From Chrysomallon squamiferum (lineage: Eukaryota > Animalia > Mollusca), in the NCBI GenBank assembly GCA_012295275.1, contig CM022672.1, positions 20,026,001-20,090,000 on the forward strand: a DNA stretch of 64,000 bases. Reading direction: 5' to 3'. Positions 50,801-61,260 of this stretch are shown one piece after another. Position 1 is the first letter of the stretch, and the number at the start of each line of letters is the position of its first letter. The notes beneath the pieces were generated by a model. The model saw only the letters and a program-made list of their open reading frames with translations. It had not been told where the DNA came from and searched no databases. The position numbers were made by a program, and so were the translations under genes.

Positions 50801-52058
50801 GATTTTCCACAACATTAGCAATTTGTCAACAATGCTCTTAATATGTTTTTTTTTTTCTTAGAGTGCTGTCACAAACACTTGACTTCATGGAAGCCATGTT
50901 TCTTTCGGAAGTCTGCAATCTGCAGTGACATCATCAGCTTACAGAGTACAGAACTGCAGTTTAATCTTAAAATGTTTTTTTTCTTTTTCTTTTTTTTTAA
51001 TCTTAGAGAAAAGCTTTCATAGAAATATCTAATGGACAGACAGTCAGGTTTGACTCAAAGTATCAGTGACGTTTTACAGATCCCAAGAACCAAGGGAAAT
51101 CAATTCTTCTGAAAACGTGGCATTTTATTTTTTTTAAATTTATTTTTCCCCCTTTTCATTTTTTGTTTTATTTGAAAATATTTGGTTTCAATTATTTTAG
51201 CATGCTTGAAGGAGTTAATAAATTACTCCTGATGTTTGTGTGCTTAATTTGTATTGTCATTCTTCATTAACAGTTGCTACAATTTGTTTTTATTATTCTC
51301 TCCTTCTTCTTTTTCTTCCAGGATAAGGCTCACTGCTTAGGGAGCTGGTCTAAGATATAATTTTATTATCAATATTGTCAAGAGCTCCTGTTAAGGCATT
51401 TTCCATTCAAAAAAAAATGTTTGCCAAACAGTTTAACAAAGGTAATGGGACATTTTGGGAAGGTGTGAAGAATCTGTAAGATTAGCCTAAGGAATAGATC
51501 AGATTTATTTTTTCACATATCAACTATGATACCTTGTTATTAATTTGTAAGATTAGCCAATGGAATAGACCAGATTTTTTTTTTTTTTTTTTTTTCACAT
51601 ATCAACTTTGATACTTAATACTCTTCAATATTAAAATGTTTTAAGATGTCATTACAGAAAGATTCCTTCATCTTGGCCATTCTTTTCCTTCTAGAGTCTG
51701 AAAAAGTTCAAATCAATAAGAATTAAACACCAGAACAAGCAGCCTGGGAGTCTGGCTAATTATTCTTCTATCTAACCGAGCAATTAATTCTGGCATTTGG
51801 GAATAGAAGGTGCAATTATGATGAGTAAACTCAGACAATTAGTCTTAGTAATAATATCTGAAACCCCCAGTATAAGCAAAACCTGGAACAAACTTATCCT
51901 ATTATAGTACCAGTCTATCCAGCACTAGTTACCAGCTAGTCTGAGACTATTAGCCTGATGATTGTACTGAATAAACCTATACCAACTTGTAAATTAAATG
52001 CAATTAGGTCTCATGCTGCTGTCATACTTTAAAAAATAATAATAATAATAATGATAAA

Positions 52059-52091
<33 letters not shown>

Positions 52092-54358
52092 TTTACAGAA
52101 ATCAATTTTATCAATCATTCTTTTGTTTTGCTTTGCACCAATTACCAATATTTGATAGAAGCACATTTTACAGCTTGTAATCAGTCATACATGTCATACA
52201 GTCTTTTGTGATGTATTGGTCTCCTTAGTAGACATTATTGACAGCAAGACAGAGAAATATTTGGATGTAATGTCAAAAGAAGATAGAGCCTGAAGACAAC
52301 ACAAAAATGACAATGTAAACAGGATTGGGCATAAAGCGATAAACTGTGTACTGGGTAGGGTTTACATTATTTTCCAAAGTCATGATAAAGGCAGTATGTT
52401 TCCAATCACTGCACTTATTAGTTACACACTGTATTTCTTTTATTTTATTCTTTTTCATACATGATTATAACTGAGAAGAATAGTGATCAAATCTGTAAGA
52501 AATAAATTTAAATAATGTAAAAGCCAGTATTTTATCATAATTAGTTATTTTCTTTTTATCTCTACATTTATTCAGCAGAACATGACTGCAATAATTTATT
52601 TTTACTGGTGGCTTTTTTTACAAGTGCCATTTTGTTTCCTATGGCCCTATTCCCAGTTGTACAAAATATCATAATTTTATAATATTGTCTAATCAAATTA
52701 TTACTAAGTAAGTGTACTTATTATTTTAGTGTATTTATTTATTTATTTTATTTTTATAGTTTCTGTCACAGATCTGAAAATGGATATAGGTGTGGTATGT
52801 TTTCATCAGTATATATTAATGAATACAAATACCAACAAATATCTCCCTAAGTAAATTAATGATCTAAAAAAAGAAAAAGAAAAGGAAAATAAAGAAATAT
52901 ATATTTTTATAAAAAAAATTGAAAAGTGCATCTTTCAAAATAATTTTTGAATGGAGTAATATTAATAAAAAATAAAAAAAGAAGAAATATTTATAACAAT
53001 CCAAAAAATTAAATTATAAAAAAATTAAAAATAAAAATTTAAAAATAAAGAGGAAATCAAGTGCAAAGCTATGTAAAACCTGGATTGTAAGCTCGTACAA
53101 TATCATGAAAAGATTGGATTTTAATTAAAGCAGGCCATTACTTCTGCACAACTGATTTTCGAGACATAAAAACAGCCTGATCTGTAACTGTTAGTCAGGG
53201 ACGAATCGTTAAATGCCCCTGTCAACCCATTCCCTGTTTTTCGTTTATTACTTTCTACAACACTAACTTATTCTGAATAAGCCATCATGACTTTAAAACA
53301 TATTTTTATGGAGATCCAACATCAAATATATTTTAACTGCAGAGTACGTGAAATTACTTGCTTGTTTTGCAGTACCAAAGCAAACCTTTATGAGAATGAT
53401 CATTTAGAAATGAGCTTGAAAAACAGAGAAAGAGAAATTGAAAAAAAAAGGTGGGGCAAAATACCTGATGAAATTCCCATAGAGTCTGCTAAATTTACTA
53501 GAAAATTAGTTACTGGAAAGAAACAACAGTGAATGGAGTGTACTCAGAGAACTATAAAGCTTGCAGAGACCTGCTATAGCAGTAATAGAAACTGCTGATC
53601 AAAGGCACCAATGTGACCAATCAATGATGCATGGTATTAAACACACTGCAGAGAGAAATGCCACCATTGTTGCTCTGCCAACCCTGTTTATCCAGATATT
53701 CTAAATCCATGTAAGTGAGGAGTATTGAAGACTAGAGAGCAGAAAATGCTATTTATAAAAGACAAGCAGTGAAATGGAGTTACCACAAAAAGAAAAGAGC
53801 TGATATTGGAAAAATCTTACAGTGTGCAGTGAATGACTTCAAAGTGGGGAGGACAGTGATCTGAGGCTGTGGTAAACAAATTGAATCTGGTCCTATTAGT
53901 AGATGAATAAACTCTCCTTACTGCACAAACATGACACCCTGCAGTCTTGCATTTTGCACAACCACGACACTCTGCAGTCTTGCATTTTGTTAAATAACTG
54001 TTACATGTGATCAAGCAAAGCATCATTTGCAAACGTGACTCCCACCATATTAGTGACATCCGATGTTAATCTTCAGATATTCATTGCATAATAATAGTAA
54101 GAAAAGAAATAACATTCAATCTTAAAAGAAAAGAAGAAAAGAAAGAAGAAAAAAGATTAAAAGAAGTGAAAAAAAAAGGGGGGATATATGTTCAAATAAT
54201 GCAGTTTGTGAAACCATTATTTTTATTTTTTTTAAATGTTTATTACTTCAGAAACCACTGTTGCAAGGCTAAATACAGTTTTACATGACAAATATTTATA
54301 AATTAAAAAAGAAAAGAAACAATTAGTCTTTTTTGTTGCTAATGTAGTAAGTACATTA

Positions 54359-54410
<52 letters not shown>

Positions 54411-57400
54411 GTATATATAACTGAAGGATAATGTCACTCAAACCTAATTTAATCAGCTTATTAAAGCTTTGATATCTAAAGTCAATATATCCTGAAGTAA
54501 GCCCACGAAAGCTTTCAGCAAATATGTCAGTTGTTTGTTTTAATGATTCTCTCTTTACTTGGATTTATTTAGCTAGCTTATTAACTTAATCCGTGGAAAG
54601 AATAGAGGCTACTGAATGTACCTGACTACATACAAAGTCAACATAAGCCAGATGATATTGTGTTACCATACAAAAGTGATTTAAGCCGTATATATATATA
54701 TATATATATATATTTTTTTTACTTTTGTGACTACTGTGACTAGTGTTGCATATCTAATTGCCTTTTTTAATAGATTTTTTATTTTTTTATTTTATTTTTT
54801 TTTTAAATAATAATATATAATAAAAACTGTAAAAAAAAGGTGATTTTAGTACATGAATGTAATTTGTGTTTAGGTCTAGATAAAATGAAACACATACCTT
54901 GCAAAGTCAATATAAGCCAGGTGACCATGATATAAGGCTGGCTTTTTCTCATTCCATGAAGTAACGTTTGTTACAAACCGCATCTGTAAGGAAATCAAAC
55001 AACAAAGTTACTTTTTGTTTCATATTAATTGCTAAGCACAAAGACTTCCAAGAAATGTCTTTGTTAGTTTTCAGCAGTCAGTTTTTGCTGATCCTAAAGT
55101 ATTACAATCATAAAACATTTTTTTTTACATTTTTTATAAGGAATCAAAGACTGACTGTTTTATGTTCTTCCAAGCAAAGATATGTAATATAAAAAAACAT
55201 AAATTAAAAAATTCGAGGAACCCAAATCAAGATTACATTTTTTTTCTGACAAAACAAAAAAGAATGAAAAAAATCTATGAATGGTTACTCATACATATAT
55301 GCACAGATACACAGACACAAAGACATATATATATATATACCCACAAGTCAAGCTTTTAACTGGATGGTAATGTATATAACTAACAATAACAAATAATTCA
55401 GAAAATACAAAAATAAATAAAATGAAAAAATTATAATAATAAAAATAAATAAATAAATACTGTACAAAACAACAACAAAAAAATAAAATAATAAATCAAG
55501 CTCCTAAGTTAATTGAATAACTTGCATTGTGGACATGATGTTTTCCCCTCATCTCTATTCAAAATCATAATAATGTCTAATTTGCTCAAACTTTTTAATG
55601 GCAATCAGTGTGAATTTTTTTTATACTTACTTATTGTTAATCTGTTTCAAATATTAATCTCTATTAAAATGTTTGCACAACATAATAAACAAACAAAAAC
55701 AAATAGAAAAAACCCAACCAGCCCCCACAAAAAAAAAACCTCCCAAAAAACCAAACCTAAAACAGGTTGTCAAATAATTTTTATATTTACATAAAAATTA
55801 CATAATTAAATATTATTAAAATAAATGAATTTCCTGGCAGCCCTCCTCCCTAACTTTGCAGTCTTCCTATCTCACATTTTTCACCTTTCATAAATCTTCG
55901 AAGTCAAAGTTTTTATTTAACATTACAATCTCGATAAAAATTCACAGGTCTTATTGTGAAAATTTATGTCTGGATATATCACTCATGAAATATCATAAAG
56001 GCGGATACTTTTGACATTCACCTTTTAAACAGGGATGAGGTACTGAGTGATATTTATCACTAGAGGTGATATATCAAGCATTAATGTAAGTATAGTCAGC
56101 TCTCACTCAGTTGCAGAGGAAAAACTGGAAATCAGTTTGATATTCCCTTCAAAAGAACCACTGAACCACTTTACACTGCAGCAAATATTTCAATAGTAAG
56201 TATATTTCCTATTCCAACCAATGCTGCACTGTATCAAAGGCAAAACCCTAAAAAAGGCCATAAAAGATTATTTACTACTGATAAGTAACAGTAAACCACT
56301 GTTAACAATAGCCATTAAAACACAAACATGTTACTATATCTTTAACACTGATTAATTTGAAGGCAGATAGCTTTTAATAACTTTCTAGCAGAGCAATGTA
56401 CACTCCTCTAAAATTCCTTTAAATACTTAATAAAATGATTTAAGCTAAAATGTAATTTCTTATAAAAATGTAGCATGATTCTAAATGGACATATTGTTGA
56501 AGTTGTTGGTGGTGTCATGCTGAAAACATGAATGACACTTAAATAAATAACCTAAAATATTTATTTGAAAATATTCATCAGTACAACCTGTCTCTCTCCC
56601 ATTCACTTATATGTATAATACAAATAGCCTCATGTGAGCCAGAATTGTGTCTGTTGTATTTGGCCAAAAAAGACAAAAACAAAATAACAATCTTTGCATA
56701 TTTGATAATATCTTCTTACTACAGAACTCCAAAACAATGGCTACATTTTTGGCAGCCATCAATCAGTACACTATAAACACAGTATCAAAATGGCTGCCAG
56801 TTGTTGACAAGACAGGAATTTAACCTGTAACTAACTGAGTCATATTTACAAAAACCCAGTATCTTGCTGAGATTAAAACAAAAACATCGATACTATTTTC
56901 ATCACTAGGTAGGTGTGTCTTTCATTCAAATAAAACTGTTCTAACCAAGGATCCTGCATTCTTGTTGATCCCAAGTGTTAACAGGTTTGGCAAAATCTGC
57001 CACAGTGTTAACAGCTAAATTCAAACACTGCAGAGTACAACATATCAGATAAAAACAACTGATTCTAAAATTTCAAAACATCTACATATTAATCCTTATT
57101 TAGATTTTAGATTATATCAAAAACATATTTTACAAATTTTCATTTTTTTATTTACCTTTTCAAAATTAAACCTTTTTTTGTTGTTTTAGTATTGTTCTTT
57201 CTAAATAATAATAATAATAATTATTAAAATTCTTCATATCCAATCTTTTTAATAAAAATAAAAATTAATAATAATAATAAAGAATCTTCTCTATTTATAG
57301 CATTTTCTCAATAATTTTATCAGCAAACTAAAAAAACAATTTTTTTTTTTTTTTTTTTTTTTTTTCTATATTATCTAATTTATCTTATGTAAATTTTTAA

Positions 57401-57733
57401 ATATCAAAGTTTAATAATTTACTGACATGTTTATAACATGAAACTGATAAAAATGACCTGAGATAACTGTTTATCTATGTATAGATATCTTCTTTCATAA
57501 TGATTAAACATCATTTTTTTTTATTATATATTTACTTAAAAAAAAAAAAAAAATTTTTTTTTTTTTTTTTAAACATTCTATTTTACAAGAGGGCACAGAA
57601 AAAAGGAGTAACTATCTAAAGACAACTAACAGAACTTATTAAACTTAATTTTAGTAAATAGTAGGCTAGGATATATGCTCTGGAAAAGAATATATTATTA
57701 AATGTTAACTTTAATTAAATGTAAGATTAATCC

Positions 57734-57765
<32 letters not shown>

Positions 57766-57973
57766 TGTACTTAATGCTGTAAACTAGTAAAAGTAATTGA
57801 TAATGTAGTGACATAGGGTTGTTTTTCTTAAATGTTTTTGTGAATCATTAAAACAATGGCTGTCAGATAATATTCAATAATTCTTTAATAAGCAAATTTC
57901 ACAATTCTTATTTTATTGCTATATTGCATATTATTCTATTTAATACCCTTGTTATTCTGAATGAGAGTATTTG

Positions 57974-58013
<40 letters not shown>

Positions 58014-59309
58014 TTCTGAAAAAGATACCAACAAAACCAAACCCACTCCAAAAACAAAACAATAAATAATAATAATAATAATAATGATAATAATAATAAC
58101 TGAAAAAAAAAAATATAAATAAATAAATCCTATCCACATAATATAAAATAAACAATAACCATTCTAAGACTTATTTTCTCTAAGGTGAAAGAAAGTAAAA
58201 GCATTTTATCAGGTTTAATGCACTTTTAGAAAAGATTGATTGATTTTCTAGCATTAGCCAGACAGTGGGTGTAATCTGTCATTTCTGATACCAAGTATTT
58301 ACAGAAAAAATCACTAGATTTTCCACCCTCTTGTGTTTACTAATGGTTCTAGCACATCTGTCCAGGGCCAAAGGTGGGTTTTCCCAGCCAAAACAGTGTT
58401 AGTGCTTTAGAAGATTTCCATAGTTAGAAATAAGACAGTTGTACATTTAAAATATATTCGTTTTAAATTTTAAACAGTTAAATATAGGATAATGTTTTGT
58501 AAGTTACTTTATAAAAATTTAAAAGTTAAATGTAGAATATTGTTTTGTAAGTTAATTCAGAAATTTAAAATGTTAAATGTAAGATATTGTTTTGTAAGTT
58601 AATTCAAAAATTTAAACAGTTTGTAAGTTGTTTTTAAATTCTTAAAGAGTTAAATGTAGGATATGATTGTGGAAGTGTATTCATATTTTTGCAGCAGAAA
58701 TTTATTAAATGTAAAAAGCTGTTTTATATGTAGTTATAAAAATAAAACTGTGCAATTTGTATTAGTAACAATGAAGCTAAAAAAATTCAAATGGATTTGT
58801 GAATGAGATTATCATACATTTTTGTATCACAAATATTTACATCTCTATAGAATCCTTGAATAAAAAAAAATATATTTTGAAGAGTATTATAAATCTAGAG
58901 GATTTTATCAGTAAAAGACACATAAAATTTTGTCTTTTTTTTTGTTTTTTTTTTAAACAAAAAAAAAAAGAGAGAATTTTATGTGTCTTTTACTGATAAA
59001 ATCCTCTAGATTTTTAATATTCTTCAAAATATCAATTAAAATATATTTTTTCATATATTTTCATCACTTTAAAATTAGTATTTTTTTAAATACTTTTTTT
59101 TAATAAGTGATAAAACTGAAGAGGACTTCTCAGCTTACCTGGTCTGACAGAGATAAAGTTCTGGAATTCTTAGTAATGTTGATATGGAGAACATGAAATT
59201 TATTTTTCTGACACAACTCGTAGGCGATTCCTGCAAATGAGGTACTCCCAGTTTTGGGTACCCGGTTGTAAATCATCACAAAATCATCCTCATTCGGCTC
59301 CACAATGTC
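31904..59309 (-). CDS. HS2ST1: Heparan sulfate 2-O-sulfotransferase 1, catalytic domain; complement(join(31904..32124,33426..33583,36553..36650,39455..39593,54898..54983,59139..59309)); exon(s) for the N-terminal TM and stem not identified, probably beyond 64000
   Basis: Spliced 873 nt = 290 aa + TAG. 5'-[15 protein letters not shown], catalytic YHGH, 3'-[49 protein letters not shown]-terminal YEKVRP. The RYGDD..LKRRK segment favours HS2ST over UST or pipe. Confidence 0.95.
33426..33583 (-). CDS. HS2ST1: HS2ST1 exon ([52 protein letters not shown])
   Basis: caacag| ... |gtgag, 158 nt. Confidence 0.94.
33821..34072. repeat. 29-bp minisatellite, about 8 copies, with a 58-bp higher-order dimer
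   Basis: alternating tgtgcctaacacttacatacacattatag and tgtgcctagcacctacatacatattacat. Confidence 0.9.
34655..34795. repeat. Direct duplication, about 57-bp homology, period 84 bp
   Basis: ataattcagttcaaacagaacttagcccaaaaccaatttgtagacaatgaa vs ataattcaattcaaacacaacttagctcaaaaccaattggcagacaatgaa. Confidence 0.85.
35182..35270. repeat. Compound microsatellite (AAT)n(GAA)n(GAT)n
   Basis: direct reading. Confidence 0.85.
36553..36650 (-). CDS. HS2ST1: HS2ST1 exon ([32 protein letters not shown])
   Basis: tttcag| ... |gtaag, 98 nt. Confidence 0.94.
36665..37075. repeat. Degenerate tandem repeat (about 70-80-bp unit) abutting an HS2ST1 acceptor
   Basis: recurring gtttcagcaaaa, cttatggtacat, tgtaagtgtatg, aaatctgtat. 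Confidence 0.7.
37990..38295 (-). mobile_element. Degraded SINE fragments (MetaSINE/MESC-like)
   Basis: gtaccttcccacagtcaggaaaacataaatcacaaccttt resembles the recalled core tgcaccatcccacagacaggatagcacataccacggccttt; also aatgggcca. Identification from memory. Confidence 0.5.
38709..38757. repeat. 14-bp tandem repeat (ttttattcatcaga) x3.5
   Basis: direct reading. Confidence 0.9.
39455..39593 (-). CDS. HS2ST1: HS2ST1 exon ([46 protein letters not shown])
   Basis: ttccag| ... |gtaaat, 139 nt. Confidence 0.94.
40060..40270 (+). mobile_element. Degraded SINE (MetaSINE/MESC-like core)
   Basis: gaaggtgcatgtaaaatgtcccttgctgctaactga matches the recalled core ggtgcatataaaagatcccttgctgctaat; 15/17 reverse-complement match to 45983..45999. 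Confidence 0.6.
41690..42300. repeat. Old, highly degenerate minisatellite-like tract
   Basis: recurring (aag|att)(c|t)ctaaacct motif at roughly 30-40-bp spacing. Confidence 0.5.
44308..44384. repeat. (GA)n microsatellite
   Basis: direct reading. Confidence 0.95.
45510..45550. repeat. (TA)n microsatellite
   Basis: direct reading. Confidence 0.9.
45983..46135 (-). mobile_element. Degraded SINE (MetaSINE/MESC-like core)
   Basis: tcagttagcagaaagtgatctttcaaaagtaccttcccaga ... gagaaataaacagcccaatgggt; same family as the 40060 copy, opposite orientation. Confidence 0.55.
51475..51616. repeat. Tandem duplication, about 71-bp period, with poly-T expansion in the second copy
   Basis: tgtaagattagcc..ggaataga(t/c)cagattt(T)n cacatatcaact(a/t)tgatac twice. 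Confidence 0.85.
54362..54408. repeat. (TC)n microsatellite
   Basis: direct reading. Confidence 0.95.
54898..54983 (-). CDS. HS2ST1: HS2ST1 exon ([28 protein letters not shown]), catalytic His; not in ORF track
   Basis: ttacag| ... |gtatgt on - strand, 86 nt, phase 0 to 2. Confidence 0.93.
56205..56241 (+). mobile_element. Short SINE remnant
   Basis: tttcctattccaaccaatgctgcactgtatcaaaggc; similar to cttattccaacaagtactcc at 40061. Confidence 0.4.
57737..57765. repeat. (TG)n microsatellite
   Basis: direct reading. Confidence 0.9.
58465..58684. repeat. Degenerate tandem repeat, about 45-bp unit, 4-5 copies
   Basis: aaatttaaa.gttaaatgtag.atattgttttgtaagttaattca repeated. Confidence 0.8.
58872..59032. 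repeat. Long near-perfect inverted repeat (arms about 75 bp, short T loop)
   Basis: 39-bp perfect core: 58891..58929 (aaatctagaggattttatcagtaaaagacacataaaatt) is the exact reverse complement of 58975..59013; about 4 substitutions plus a homopolymer length difference over the whole arms. Confidence 0.95.
59139..59309 (-). CDS. HS2ST1: HS2ST1 exon ([25 protein letters not shown]...LSLSDQ), PAPS-binding loop
   Basis: tttcag| ... |gtaagc on - strand, 171 nt. Confidence 0.93.
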
Positions 59310-61143
59310 CTGAAAAGATAACATAAATCGGATTAATTAGGGAATAAAAATCATTTCTCATTTACTCAAATAATAATTTTGTTTTGACTAAGGTTTTATT
59401 ATTACTCATTTAATTTTGATTTCATTTATTCATAGTTATTTTATATTGTTATATATTTTCTTTTGGGGGAGTTGCTATTAATTTTAAAAGTAATAATAAT
59501 AAAAAAAAAATTCTTGACGAAAATATAATCATGAAAAAGGAAAAGATAAACATTAATAAATCTTGTTGGTAATCATATCATATCAGTGAAGTGAAAAAAC
59601 AGTTACACACAAATTCAAACAAGTTAACAAACACACACACACACACACACACACATGCACACCAACAATCACACAGACCATAAATAAGATAATAAAACAA
59701 CAAACATTATTAATACTTTAAATAATATCTTCAAGTCACATAAACTTAATGTCATGACTGCAATAAAAAATAAATTGTTGATGATCACAGAGGAAGTAAA
59801 TCAAATGACTTAATGCACATCATTAACAACAGTTAAATAGTTATGACAGAACTATTTTCATCAAGCAATAATATTTTTATTTATACATCTAACATCAAGT
59901 GAACTTTTCATCCTTGGTCGTTATTTACCATGAAATTACAGCAATAAATTCTTTATTTAACTAGTAAGTATTTAATAACAACCCTCTACCTTTATGGATT
60001 CCTGAAATAGCACAGATAATATTGACTTTAATATTTTCATATATTGTTGCCAATTCTTCTGATTTTTCATTCATTAATGGTAATTTCCATAGCATTTTTG
60101 TTCATGCTGATTTTTTTTTTTTTAAAAAAGGATCAACTGAACAGATATGAAACTGACCACACACATTACCATTCATTTGTGATTTTAATTTGTATTTTAG
60201 TTTTAATTTTCCTTATTAGATGCTCAACTGTTTCTTCTTTTTACTTTGATATAAATAACATTGTCATGGGTGAGATGTTAAAGCTGGTATTTGATAACAT
60301 GGACACTTTTAAAAGATTTTACTTCTCTAACAGTATGACTTAGTGAAGATACTGTTCTCATGTCTTGATGATTTTGTTAGTATCAGTTGCTTTAAATACT
60401 TTTTTGTTGTTGATTTGTTTTGTTTTTTTAGTATAATGACAGAATGAGAAAGGAAACTTGCTTACACAACTAGATGGGTATCAGTTAAAAAACAAGGTAC
60501 CTGTAATCTTTTTTCCTTACATAAAAACAAATTGTTAAACACTGGCTGTAACAGCTATTACAGAAACATTAAACATGTATAATACTACTCATATTACAAG
60601 TTTTAATCTGTCCTATCTTGAATTATTTAACAATGTTTCTGTATCTGAAATCAATTTGTATAAAATAGTCTGGACATATTGGTGCTGCTCTTATTTTCAC
60701 ATCCATCTGGTCTACATGAATCTTTCATTTACTGTTGGCTTTGTTTGTAGGAAGCCTGAGCTGGTCACCTTTAGTTTCAGATTTCACACTCTTAATGGAT
60801 GCTCTCTTTCACACAAATCTCTCTATACACACAGAGATGTGAATGATGCTGTAAACTAGTTTACTACAGCCAGGTGATACCACACAGTATTAGGCTAATT
60901 CAGACTAATCCTAGTTAAATCTTTAATTACCAATCTGTTGTGTGACTGGAAATAACAGACTGAAGAAAAAAAATAAAACACTGATATATCTAACCTGAAT
61001 ACTGATTGCTGCATGAGAATAAATGAATCAAAACATTTTTTTTTTTTTTTTAAACTGTAGCTTAAAATATTTTGCAATAACACTTACTGAGGTAACAAAC
61101 ATTTTATATATTATTTAAATTAATAATTACAAGAAAAAAAGAA

Positions 61144-61260
61144 ATTTGCTGCTACCATTCCATAGGCCTTTTTTTTTAGTAAGCATCATATGATGTTTTA
61201 TATGTATCTTCCCATATACATACAGATGCCCTTTAATAAACCAGTTTTTGGGAAGCACTG
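61144..61260 (-). mobile_element. Degraded SINE (MetaSINE/MESC-like core)
   Basis: gctgctaccattccataggcc...agcatcatatgatgttttatatgtatcttccca...cctttaataaaccagtttttgggaagcactg follows the recalled core order. Confidence 0.5.

Noticed and set aside
39594-54897. Pipe-like array of alternative sulfotransferase exons or a nested gene in the 15-kb intron
   Set aside because: Apart from the short duplicate near 54633 I found no sulfotransferase motifs or chain of phased exons; small exons could have been missed by eye
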